NCBI GenBank assembly: GCA_050329555.1
Contig: JBHJOQ010000077.1
Span: 3,144-67,143 of the forward strand
Origin: Acidimicrobiia bacterium
GTDB taxonomy: Bacteria > Actinomycetota > Acidimicrobiia > Spongiisociales > ZC4RG35
Length of the DNA: 64,000 nt
Direction: 5' to 3'
Shown here: piece by piece, positions 45,756 through 55,039 of the stretch
Position numbering within the stretch: position 1 is the stretch's first letter
Layout: the number at the start of each line of letters is the position of its first letter
Made by a program: the position numbers and the translations under genes
The notes under the pieces: generated by a model
What the model saw: the letters and a program-made list of their open reading frames with translations, nothing else
Told to the model about the DNA's origin: nothing
Database searches by the model: none

Positions 45756-46674
45756 TCAGGCGGCTTGTGAGGCGGGTCTGCCCCATCGTCGGCCTTTCTC
45801 GGCTCGGACTCGGGCACGTTCTCGACGTTGAGCAGCGAGCAGTTGGGGATCTCGTGCGTTGGCGTTGCGCCACCGTAGATAGGCGTGGAGTCGGCGGGTC
45901 AGTACAACATGGTTGGGATGGTTCGAGTTGTTCAACACGAACTCGCGTAACGGCCCGAAGTGGGCTTCGATCGGATTGGCCCATGAACTGTAGGTCGGGG
46001 TGAAACACAGTTCGACCTTGTTCTGCCACGCCCAGGCCCGGATTGTTTTGCCCTTATGCGCCGACAAGTTGTCCAAGATCACATAGATCCGTTTCCCGTC
46101 GGGACGAGCGGTTCGGATCGACTTCAGAGCTTGAAGCGTGTTTTCTGCCGACTTGCGTTTCCGGACCACACCCCACAGTTCGTCGTCGCCGACCGAGTAA
46201 CACCCGTGGAACTGACGGACCCCATGCAGCTTGTTGTAGTTGGCCGGCTGACGTTGCGGCCCGCCTCGGGGCGCCCACGCCGAACCACCCACCGGACGGA
46301 TGCTCAACGGGGCCGAACTCATCGAAAGCGAAACACCGGTCGGGATGCTGGTCTAAAACCTCCTCGATACGATCCAACTTGGCGCCACGGTCCGGATCGT
46401 TCGACTCCTTCCAGGTTTTGGTCCGCTGGAAAGTGACCCCGTGGTCGTTGCGGATCTGTCGGAGACGCTCCCTTCCCAGCTTCACCATCCGGGTGTCGTT
46501 ATCAGCGAGAAACTTGACCAGTTTGCGCAGACTCCAACGGGTGAACGGCTGGCCCAACGCCTCGGGTCGGAATTTGGCCGTCTCAACAATGAAAGCTTCA
46601 TCGTCAGTCGTGATCGAGGTTGACGGAATGTCGATAGTCGCGGCCGAGGACCTTGGGCTCACGCCAAATCCCAT
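45756..46674 (-). mobile_element. IS630-family transposase remnant: 5'-truncated and frameshifted
   Basis: Two overlapping ORFs. The first, 46054..46674, reads ...TRWSLRKLVKFL...FDEFGP. The second, 45756..46322, reads LSIRPVGG...YVILDNLSAHKG...YSSWANPIEAHF, which carries the DDE motifs. The frames differ by 1 nt at a ggcccc run near 46310. The N-terminal HTH region is missing, and the sequence switches abruptly to AT-rich DNA at about 46680. Confidence 0.8.
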
Positions 46675-46761
46675 CCCAGCTTGTGTATAAAATATATAGT
46701 GCCGGCGTGCTACTATAACTCAACGCGATTCGGGATAGACAGAAGCAATTCGGAGGAAACC

Positions 46762-47403
46762 ATGACAGGTGAGCGAACTTGGATGAATGAACCCCCCCAA
46801 TGGAACACCGACGGCGACACGCTGACGATGCGCACCGGGCCCAAGACCGACTTCTGGTGCCGGACGATGCAGGACGTGATGAGCCCCCAAGAGTTTGCGG
46901 AAAAGGACCTCGAGCCACCGGAGTTCCTGGTGGACACCGGGCACTTCTACTACGAGGTGGTGAAAGGAGACTTCACACTGACCGCCCAGGTAGGAGGTGA
47001 CTACAACTACCAGTACGACCAAGTGGGCCTGTATATACGACAGGACGCCGACACCTGGCTAAAGGCATGCGTCGAGGTGGTCTATGGAAGCTGGTCGCCT
47101 CGATACACCTACAGCAACCCTGCGCACATTGTGGCGTGCACTCACACCGTCGACGGCTGGTCGGGATGGTCCCCGCTCCCCGAGTCCGAGAACAACCCGC
47201 CGACCGTCTGGTTCCGGGTCACCAGGTCGGGGGACACGTTCTTTGTGGACTACTCCGAAACCGGTGAGCGCTGGGATCTCATCAAGGTGTTCTCGATGCC
47301 TGGTGCGGACGAGCTGATGGTGGGGGTGTACGCGACCTCACCTAACGGGTTCGGGTTCGATGCGCGTATCGAACACTTCTCCCTTGTTGGGGACCCCTCG
47401 TGA
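46762..47403 (+). CDS. DUF1349 family protein (concanavalin-like beta-sandwich)
   Basis: MTGERTWMNEPPQWNTDGDTLTMRTGPKTDFWCRT...QYDQVGLYIRQDADTWLKACVE... fits the DUF1349 pattern. ggagga lies 6 nt upstream of the ATG at 46762. Confidence 0.7.
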   Translation: MTGERTWMNEPPQWNTDGDTLTMRTGPKTDFWCRTMQDVMSPQEFAEKDLEPPEFLVDTGHFYYEVVKGDFTLTAQVGGDYNYQYDQVGLYIRQDADTWLKACVEVVYGSWSPRYTYSNPAHIVACTHTVDGWSGWSPLPESENNPPTVWFRVTRSGDTFFVDYSETGERWDLIKVFSMPGADELMVGVYATSPNGFGFDARIEHFSLVGDPS

Positions 47404-47422
47404 CGGCTCTTAGGAGAAAGCA

Positions 47423-47896
47423 ATGACCGCGATTCCCTACTACCACATCGGGATCCTTGTACCCGACCTCGACGAGGCCGTCGAACGCTTCAGCGATGTG
47501 CTTGGTGTCACCTTCGCCGACCGGGTGTATCAAGACAGCCAGCACTTCGACGACGGAGGGGTGCTCAGGGACCTCAGGCTTCATCTCACCTATTCCATTG
47601 ACGGCCCGCCCTATTACGAACTAATCGAGGCGCAGGGTGACGAAGGCCTGTACAGTATCAAGCACGGAGCGGGACTTCACCACGTCGGGATCTGGGAACC
47701 CGACCCCACGGCGAAGCGCGAAGAGTATTACGCCAAGGGCATGACCCACGAGGCGACCATCTACCGTCCGGATGGCAGCATCATCGTGACCTTTTTCGAC
47801 CCGGAGCCGCTAGGCGGCGTGCGAATAGAGTTCGCGAACCTCGACCTGAAGGAGGGTCACGAGTCATGGCTCACGGGAGGAGATTTTGTCCGATAG
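47423..47896 (+). CDS. VOC (glyoxalase/bleomycin resistance/dioxygenase) family protein
   Basis: 157 aa. YHIGILVPDLDEAVERFSDVLGV...GLHHVGIWEPD. Confidence 0.75.
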   Translation: MTAIPYYHIGILVPDLDEAVERFSDVLGVTFADRVYQDSQHFDDGGVLRDLRLHLTYSIDGPPYYELIEAQGDEGLYSIKHGAGLHHVGIWEPDPTAKREEYYAKGMTHEATIYRPDGSIIVTFFDPEPLGGVRIEFANLDLKEGHESWLTGGDFVR

Positions 47897-48887
47897 CGGG
47901 AAGGGACCCCCGTCGCTGAGGGTCCTCTATCTGCCGAGTCCCGATCCGAACTTCTCTTCGATCCCTGACGATGCGGTCAGGCTCGCTTTTGAGCGTTCGA
48001 ATCGGCACGAACTCATCTTCTTCGACCACACGGTCGAGTTGGAGCCGCAGTTCGAGAACGTTGACGTGGTTATCGACATGGGTGGCTCGGTCGGTACCCG
48101 CCGGATGCTCCATGCCGCAACGTCCGCGCGTCTCTGGCAAGTGCTCGGTTACGGCCTCGACCACTTCGACCTGAAGTACTGGGCTTCGCATGGCATGGTG
48201 ACGGCTCATTGTCCGGGCCCGAACAGCGCGGTTGCCCTTGCCGAGTTTGCCATGATGCAGATGCTAATGCTGGCCCGGCGATATCCGGAGGCGAGAGCGT
48301 GCGCGGATCGGCAGATCTGGTCCTCGCCCTTCGGCATGGAGCTGGAGGATAGGGTCCTGGGGCTCGTCGGCTTCGGTGCGAGCGCCCGCGCCCTAACGAC
48401 CCGGGCGCTTGCGTTCGATATGCGGATCATGGCTATCGAAAAGGAGGCGGTCTCGGGCGCGGACGTAGAGCGATACCGGCTTGAGTTCATCGCCGGCCCC
48501 GAGCGGTTGCACGAGATGCTTCCCAACGTGGATTTCGTGTCCATGCATCTACCGCTCAACAACGAGACACGGCACATACTCGACGCCGACGCGTTGGCCC
48601 TACTTCCGACCTCAGCGCACGTGATCAACGTCGCGCGTGGTGCGTTAGTAGACGAGGGGGCGCTCGTGACGGCTCTTCTCGAGGGGCGCCTCGCCGGGGC
48701 AGGGCTTGACGTTTTCGGAGAGGAGCCGCTGCCGTTGTCGTCCCCGCTCTACGGCCTGCCCAACGTCATCCTCACGCCGCACGTCTCCGGCGGCACGGAC
48801 GGCACGTTTCAGCGGCGCGCCTTCACCGCCGTCGAAAACTGCGATCGGGTGGCCCGAGGAGAAGAGCCCTTGCATCGGGTCATTTGA
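47886..48887 (+). CDS. D-isomer-specific 2-hydroxyacid dehydrogenase, NAD-binding
   Basis: 333 aa. GLVGFGASARALTTRAL, INVARGALVDEGAL and LTPHVSGGT. Confidence 0.82.
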   Translation: MSDSGKGPPSLRVLYLPSPDPNFSSIPDDAVRLAFERSNRHELIFFDHTVELEPQFENVDVVIDMGGSVGTRRMLHAATSARLWQVLGYGLDHFDLKYWASHGMVTAHCPGPNSAVALAEFAMMQMLMLARRYPEARACADRQIWSSPFGMELEDRVLGLVGFGASARALTTRALAFDMRIMAIEKEAVSGADVERYRLEFIAGPERLHEMLPNVDFVSMHLPLNNETRHILDADALALLPTSAHVINVARGALVDEGALVTALLEGRLAGAGLDVFGEEPLPLSSPLYGLPNVILTPHVSGGTDGTFQRRAFTAVENCDRVARGEEPLHRVI

Positions 48888-49509
48888 CTCGCCCTCCTTG
48901 AACGAGAGTTCGCCTGGCAGATAGTCTCGTTCACTTTGTCAACAACAGTCAGTCCGAGAGGGCGGTAGTCGGCACCCGTCGCTACCGGCGCGGCACGAAG
49001 AATGCGGCCCAGCCCTGAGAACGGCATCGACATCTGCTTTGGGTGGAAGCCGCCGAGGCAGTATTCTCCGAGTTCAGTTCGAAGCCGGTCTCAGGCAGAG
49101 ATACCCAGGCTGCTAAGGATGCCAGTCTTGGAGGGCTCTCTCGGCGGTGATGTTGTGCGCAGCGAGGTGAGCGGGTTGAGGGCGGAGGGACGGCTGCGCG
49201 TCCCCCTGCGGAGCTGGTAGCCGATCGATTCGATCAGGTAGTGCAGACCACTTTGCGGACCTCTCATGGGATCGGCCGGGATGCCTGGCAGCGACCGGCG
49301 ACCTGCTCCGCCGCTTCTCGATCGCTCCTGCTCTCGACACGGCTATCCCGGCGACCGATGATTCGGTTGCGCAGCAATTCGAGGACTACTATGGTCCACC
49401 GGCAAGTTGTACCCTCATATCCGCATCATCGATGGTCGTTCCATGGCACGATCCGACCAAAGGCGTGGGCGGTTGAATGGGTCTCCTTTGAACCTTGGAG
49501 GATTCCAGG

Positions 49510-50592
49510 GTGACCCAGACGATTGAATCAGTCGACGGCCCGATCACTTCGGACCGGCTCGGCGTCACCCTCACCCACGAGCACGTGTTCGTTGACCTGA
49601 GGAAATACTTCGCCACCCCCACCGGGGTCCTGGAGCGGGCTCGAGCCCAGGAGCCGGTGCGCATCGAAAACGTCGGAGCCTGGCGCAGAAACCCGTTAGC
49701 GAACCTCGACAACCTCGTGCTCGACAACATGGAGGCGGCTATCGCGGAACTCAGCGACTTCCGGGCCAGTGGCGGGCGCACACTTGTTGACGTGACCCCC
49801 CCGGACATTGGACGCGACGTCTTGGCGTTGCGGGCCGCATCCCGTCTCTCCGGGGTCCAGATCATCGCTGGCGCTGGCCATTACATCCAGCCCTTGCACC
49901 CCCCTAGTCTCTCCGACGAGCCGGTCGAGGACATTGCGGGGCGCCTCGTGGGTGAGCTGCAAGACGGCATTGGCACCACCGGGATTAGGGCCGGAGTCAT
50001 CGGCGAGATCGGTACAATGGCGCCCATTCACCCCGATGAAGAAAAAGTGCTCAAGGCCGTGGCCCTCGCCCACCAAGCCACGGGGGCCCCGGTTATCGTT
50101 CATATCTCGCCTCCGTCACCAGGCACCTGGTGGCAGGGTCATGAGGTCTTGAATGTCCTGGAAGAGGGAAATGTGCCGCTGAACAAGGTCCTCGTGAGCC
50201 ATCTCGACAACGTGTTGGGATCCGGTGATATGTTCGCCCATGCTATCGAATATCACAGCGAGCTCGCTGAGCGAGGCTGCTACATCGGGTACGACGGGTG
50301 CGGCAAGGAGCACTATTTCCCGAGCGGCTCGGCGGCCGACTACCCTTCGTTCTGGTGTGTGTCGGATCAAATCCGCTCCCACGCCGTCGCCAAGCTCGTG
50401 GAGGCTGGCCATACCGACCGCCTGCTGCTCTCCCAGGACGTGTGTTTCAAGATCGAGTTGCTCCGGCTCGGCGGGTTCGGCTACGGCCACGTACTCAAGG
50501 CATTTAGCTCCAATCTCCAGGACCACGGCCTTGATGGCGCGACCATCCGACACATCCTCGAGGACAATCCCCGCGAGTTTCTATGCGGATAG
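49510..50592 (+). CDS. Phosphotriesterase-family (PTE/PHP-like) amidohydrolase, likely a lactonase-type enzyme
   Basis: LGVTLTHEHVFVDL (HxH metal site), GEIG, VHISPP and SHLD. I prefer the GTG at 49510, 8 nt after ggagg. The ORF is open from the TTG at 49495. Confidence 0.82.
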   Translation: MTQTIESVDGPITSDRLGVTLTHEHVFVDLRKYFATPTGVLERARAQEPVRIENVGAWRRNPLANLDNLVLDNMEAAIAELSDFRASGGRTLVDVTPPDIGRDVLALRAASRLSGVQIIAGAGHYIQPLHPPSLSDEPVEDIAGRLVGELQDGIGTTGIRAGVIGEIGTMAPIHPDEEKVLKAVALAHQATGAPVIVHISPPSPGTWWQGHEVLNVLEEGNVPLNKVLVSHLDNVLGSGDMFAHAIEYHSELAERGCYIGYDGCGKEHYFPSGSAADYPSFWCVSDQIRSHAVAKLVEAGHTDRLLLSQDVCFKIELLRLGGFGYGHVLKAFSSNLQDHGLDGATIRHILEDNPREFLCG

Positions 50593-50831
50593 GAGCAGAG
50601 ACAAGCGAGTTCTCGGACCTCGTTACCGGCGTCCGCACAGGGCATTAGGCCGTAAGGCGACCCTGCATCGGGTGCCTTATCTGGCTTGGTCCGGCGCGCA
50701 AATGTAAGGATCAGGCTTTGTGCACGGGTGCCGGACTCCGTCATCTGTCGAGAAACTGAAAGCCCACGCGTTTACGCCGCGAAATCCTGCGTTGCTGAGA
50801 GAGGTCACATGCTCCTCGGAGAGGTGTCGGA

Positions 50832-50990
50832 GTGCCGGAGCCACTTCTGACCCTGCAAGAGACCGCCGAATACCTGCGCCTGACGCCAGGCGCTCTTTAC
50901 ACACAGCGCTATCGGACCAGGTCGTGGGCCAGCCAGAGCGACGGCGTCGTCTTGGGTCTCGCTACTTGCTGTTGCATCCTGGTTAGACCC
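50832..50990 (+). pseudogene. Degenerate excisionase/AlpA-type HTH gene remnant
   Basis: [27 protein letters not shown] resembles Xis/AlpA HTH proteins. The expected continuation appears only in another frame ([19 protein letters not shown]). In the track it is artificially fused to glgB because there is no in-frame stop. Confidence 0.4.
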
Positions 50991-51125
50991 GATCTCTCGC
51001 TATTTGGTTCCAGTGTCACTTGCCGGCACAGATTGCCTGCTGGACCTGCCAACACACCGTATCTGTGGTGTTATCTCGGGCGTTGCGACCATCTAGACCC
51101 ACGTCCACCTATCGTTAGACCAGGA

Positions 51126-53057
51126 ATGACGCGATCTCAACCAACTGTGACCAGGCTGACCGACGACGACGTCTACCTGTGGAACGAGGGCACTCATTAC
51201 CGTCTCTACGAGAAGCTGGGCGCCCATCATGACGAAAGCGGCACCCAATTTGCGGTCTGGGCGCCCAACGCCGAGCGGGTCTCGGTCGTTGGCGATTGGA
51301 ACGGATGGAACCCGGACTCCGACCCGCTCCAAACACGGGGCGACTCCGGGATATGGGAAGGCTCCGTCGCGGGTGCAGGGCTGTCCCAAACCTACAAGTA
51401 CCACATCGTCAACGGCACCTTCAGTGTCGACAAAGCCGATCCATTCGGATTCCATCACGAAACCCCGCCACTCACGGGTTCGAGGATCTGGAATCTCGAC
51501 TACGAATGGGCCGACGCAGCATGGATGGCCGGTCGCGACGCGGTGAACAGCCTGACTGCTCCAATGAGCGTTTACGAGGTTCACTCCGGCTCGTGGCGCC
51601 GGGACGGTGACGGGCGACAGCTCACCTACCGCCAGCTCGCCGAGCAGTTGCCCGACTATGTGGCCGGTCTCGGCTTCACCCATGTCGAGCTCCTACCCCT
51701 GATGGAGCACCCGTTCTACGGCTCGTGGGGCTACCAAACCACCGGCTATTTCGCACCAACCAGCCGATACGGCACACCTCAAGACTTCATGGCCCTCGTT
51801 GACCGATTCCACCAGGTTGGTATCGGCGTGATCCTCGATTGGGTGCCCTCCCACTTCCCGACAGACGAGCACGGCCTGGGGATGTTCGACGGAACCCATC
51901 TCTACGAGCATGCGGACCCGAGGCAGGGGTTCCAGCCCGATTGGAAGACCTACGTCTACAACTACGGTCGCAAAGAGGTCCAGGCGTTTCTCATCAGCAA
52001 CGCACTGTTCTGGCTGGATCGCTACCACATCGACGGGTTACGGGTCGACGCGGTGGCCTCCATGCTGTATCTCGACTATTCCCGGGAAGACGGGGAGTGG
52101 ATAACCAATGCCCGCGGAGGCAGGGAGAACCTCGAAGCCATCGGTTTCCTGCAGAAACTCAATGAGACCGTCTATGACGCCTACCCGGGCACCCAGACAA
52201 TTGCCGAAGAGTCGACCGCATGGCCGGGCGTTTCCCGCCCCACCTTCCTCGGCGGGCTCGGGTTCGGGCTGAAATGGGATATGGGTTGGATGCACGACAC
52301 TCTCGAATACATGTCGAAAGAGCCTGTGCACCGCAGCCACCATCACCACGAGCTGACCTTCCGTGCCGTCTATGCCTTCAGTGAGAACTTCATGCTCCCC
52401 CTCTCCCACGACGAGGTCGTCCACGGCAAGCGCTCCCTGCTCGAGAAGATGCCCGGTGACGACTGGCAGAAGTTCGCCAACCTCCGCCTGCTGCTGTCGT
52501 CGTTGTTCACCCAACCCGGAAAGAAACTCCTGTTCATGGGTGCGGAGTTGGGCCAGCGCACGGAATGGGCCCACGAAGGCCAGCTCGATTGGGGCCTCCT
52601 CGATCACGACTCGCACAAGGGAATCGCGCGGCTGGTCGGCGACCTCAACCGCATCTACCGGGAGGAGAAGGCGCTCCACGAATTCGACTGCGAGCCGGGT
52701 GGATTCGAGTGGGCGGTTCCGAACGACTCGGCGAACAGTGTTATCGCCTACTTCAGGCTCGGGTCCGACAACTCACCGGTCCTGGTCGTGCACAACATGA
52801 CCCCGGTGCCCCGCCACGGATACCGGATCGGCGTTCCCGACGCAGGCACCTGGGATGAGATCCTCAACACCGATGCCGAAAACTACGGCGGCTCCGGCCA
52901 GGGCAACCTCGGTGGCGTTGGCACCGGCCCTCTCCCCGTACCGCACCACGGCCGGCCCCATTCGATCGACCTCACGTTGCCACCACTGGCAACGGTGGCT
53001 TTCCGCCATCGAGCCGGCTCAAATGCCGGTGCGCTGGCAGCGGCGGAGGAGGTCTGA
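51126..53057 (+). CDS. glgB: 1,4-alpha-glucan branching enzyme GlgB
   Basis: The 643-aa product starts [34 protein letters not shown]. It has a CBM48 domain and GH13 motifs ([31 protein letters not shown]). Confidence 0.93.
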   Translation: MTRSQPTVTRLTDDDVYLWNEGTHYRLYEKLGAHHDESGTQFAVWAPNAERVSVVGDWNGWNPDSDPLQTRGDSGIWEGSVAGAGLSQTYKYHIVNGTFSVDKADPFGFHHETPPLTGSRIWNLDYEWADAAWMAGRDAVNSLTAPMSVYEVHSGSWRRDGDGRQLTYRQLAEQLPDYVAGLGFTHVELLPLMEHPFYGSWGYQTTGYFAPTSRYGTPQDFMALVDRFHQVGIGVILDWVPSHFPTDEHGLGMFDGTHLYEHADPRQGFQPDWKTYVYNYGRKEVQAFLISNALFWLDRYHIDGLRVDAVASMLYLDYSREDGEWITNARGGRENLEAIGFLQKLNETVYDAYPGTQTIAEESTAWPGVSRPTFLGGLGFGLKWDMGWMHDTLEYMSKEPVHRSHHHHELTFRAVYAFSENFMLPLSHDEVVHGKRSLLEKMPGDDWQKFANLRLLLSSLFTQPGKKLLFMGAELGQRTEWAHEGQLDWGLLDHDSHKGIARLVGDLNRIYREEKALHEFDCEPGGFEWAVPNDSANSVIAYFRLGSDNSPVLVVHNMTPVPRHGYRIGVPDAGTWDEILNTDAENYGGSGQGNLGGVGTGPLPVPHHGRPHSIDLTLPPLATVAFRHRAGSNAGALAAAEEV

Positions 53058-53059
53058 AG

Positions 53060-55039
53060 ATGAGTAGACCGGAGCCGACTACCAGACGCGTCGTCATCGA
53101 GTCGATCACTCCGACCGTCGACCAGGGGCGCTTCCCCTCCAAGTCGACTGTCGGCGACCGGGTTGAGGTGGAGGCGAAGATCTTTGCCGACGGGCACGAT
53201 CTAGTCTCTGCCGCATTGCAGTACCGCAAATCGCCATCCCGTAGCTGGTCGGTAGCGCCGATGGGATTCGTCGACAACGACAGCTGGAGCGGCGAGTTCA
53301 CACCTGTCGAAATGGGCGCATGGCAGTTCCGGGTGTCTGGGTGGGTTGACAACTTTCGAACCTGGACCGAGGGCCTCGCCAAGAAGGCGGCCGTCGGCGT
53401 CGTCACCGATATCGACCTCGACATCGGATCCGCACTGGTCATGGCTGCGGCGGGTCGAGCGAAAGGGAAGGCCGCCAGAACCCTCGCGCAATTTGCCGGC
53501 CAGCTCACCGAGCCTGCGGTAGAGCTCTCCGGGAGAACATCGATCGCCGTTTCCGACGACCTGGCCGAGCTGATGAGAGCGAACCCAGATCGGAGCAGGG
53601 CAACGGTCTCCGAAACGTTCGAATTGTCCGTGGATAGAGAACGCGCTGCCTTCTCGACCTGGTACGAGCTGTTCCCCCGTTCCTGGGCAGCCGTGCCCGG
53701 GGAGCACGGGTGCTTCGCCGATGTGGTGAAGCAACTCGACTATATCTCCGGAATGGGATTCGACGTCCTCTACCTTCCCCCGATCCACCCGATTGGTGCC
53801 ACATTCCGCAAAGGGCCGAACAATGCCCTCAAAGCCAGGCGCGGAGATCCAGGGGTCCCCTGGGCGATCGGCTCCGAGTTGGGAGGACACACTTCGTTCC
53901 ATCCCGAACTGGGCACTCTGGAGGACTTTCATGACCTGCTTTCGGCGGCTGGAGAAAAGAGCATCGAAGTTGCAATGGACGTGGCGCTGCAGTGCTCGCC
54001 CGATCACCCCTGGGTCAAGGAGCATCCGGAATGGTTCCGGCACCGGCCCGACGGGACTATCCAATATGCCGAGAACCCACCCAAGAAGTACCAGGACATC
54101 TACCCGATCGACTTCGAGACGTCCGATCCGGACGGGCTGTGGGAAGGCATCAAGGCGGTGTTCGACTTCTGGATCGAACAGGGCGTCCGCATCTTTCGGG
54201 TCGACAACCCCCACACCAAGGCCTTCCCGTTCTGGGAGTGGCTGATCTCCGAGCTCCGCTCCGAGCACCCTGACATCATCCTTCTTGCCGAAGCCTTCAC
54301 CCGCCCAGCCGTAATGCACCGGTTGGCCAAGGCCGGGTTCAACCAGTCGTATACCTATTTCACCTGGCGCAACACCCGTCATGAGATCACCACCTACATG
54401 CGCGAGCTTGCAGAGGCCCGCGACTATTTCCGCCCCAATTTCTGGCCGAACACCCCCGACATCCTCCCTGAGATCCTGCAGACCGGGACGCGAGCCGCGT
54501 TCATCTCGAGATACGTGCTGGCTGCCACCCTCAGCTCAAACTGTGGAATCTACGGACCCGCCTACGAGCTCATGGAGCACAAGCCGTTGCGCCCCGGGGC
54601 CGAGGAGTACCTCGAGTCGGAGAAGTATCAGATCCGCACGTGGGATCTGGATCGGGCCGACTCGCTTGCACCGTTGATCACGCAAGTGAACAATGCCCGG
54701 CACGCTCACCCGGCTTTGCAGCGCAACGACAACCTGCAATTCCATGACGTCGACAATGAGATGATCATCAGCTACTCGAAGCGGGCCGGAAATGATGTGG
54801 TGCTGACGGTGGTCAACCTCGACCCGCACCACACGCAAAGCGGATGGGTCGACCTCGACTCCGGCTCGCTCGGTCTGGACGACGATCGATATCAGGTACG
54901 CGATCTGCTCACCGATCGGATCTATCAGTGGAGCGGCTCACGAAACTTCGTGCGCCTCGATGTGTCGGGAATCCCGGCGCACATCTTCTCCTTCCTCCGT
55001 CAGACTCGAACCGAAAGGGATTTCGACTATTTCTCCTGA
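53060..55039 (+). CDS. glgE: Alpha-1,4-glucan:maltose-1-phosphate maltosyltransferase GlgE
   Basis: 659 aa. N-terminal DUF3416 ([35 protein letters not shown]), then a GH13_3 domain ([15 protein letters not shown]). Confidence 0.92.
   Translation: MSRPEPTTRRVVIESITPTVDQGRFPSKSTVGDRVEVEAKIFADGHDLVSAALQYRKSPSRSWSVAPMGFVDNDSWSGEFTPVEMGAWQFRVSGWVDNFRTWTEGLAKKAAVGVVTDIDLDIGSALVMAAAGRAKGKAARTLAQFAGQLTEPAVELSGRTSIAVSDDLAELMRANPDRSRATVSETFELSVDRERAAFSTWYELFPRSWAAVPGEHGCFADVVKQLDYISGMGFDVLYLPPIHPIGATFRKGPNNALKARRGDPGVPWAIGSELGGHTSFHPELGTLEDFHDLLSAAGEKSIEVAMDVALQCSPDHPWVKEHPEWFRHRPDGTIQYAENPPKKYQDIYPIDFETSDPDGLWEGIKAVFDFWIEQGVRIFRVDNPHTKAFPFWEWLISELRSEHPDIILLAEAFTRPAVMHRLAKAGFNQSYTYFTWRNTRHEITTYMRELAEARDYFRPNFWPNTPDILPEILQTGTRAAFISRYVLAATLSSNCGIYGPAYELMEHKPLRPGAEEYLESEKYQIRTWDLDRADSLAPLITQVNNARHAHPALQRNDNLQFHDVDNEMIISYSKRAGNDVVLTVVNLDPHHTQSGWVDLDSGSLGLDDDRYQVRDLLTDRIYQWSGSRNFVRLDVSGIPAHIFSFLRQTRTERDFDYFS

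Noticed and set aside
48888-49494. A 607-bp stretch without a credible ORF. I looked for a small RNA or a missed gene.
   Set aside because: Only short ORFs with no motifs occur on both strands. Minus-strand translations show broken fragments in shifting frames, perhaps a decayed regulator gene. I could not assign any family or structure with confidence.
50832-53057. A 741-aa ORF suggesting an N-terminally extended GlgB.
   Set aside because: The first ~98 codons are an excisionase-like remnant plus Cys/Leu-rich junk in an AT-richer region. GlgB homology begins at [11 protein letters not shown] (51126). The apparent fusion exists only because there is no in-frame stop.
7830-54382. Many 300-470-aa ORFs opposite well-supported genes, for example 7830..8978(+), 14881..16101(+), 20104..21504(+), 26511..27713(-), 29935..31143(-), 33640..34647(+), 33971..34948(-), 37004..38107(+) and 53201..54382(-).
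   Set aside because: Each lies fully antisense to, or out of frame with, a gene that has clear family motifs. Their translations are low-complexity (R/G/P/A/D-rich) with no recognisable domains. I treat them as high-GC shadow ORFs.
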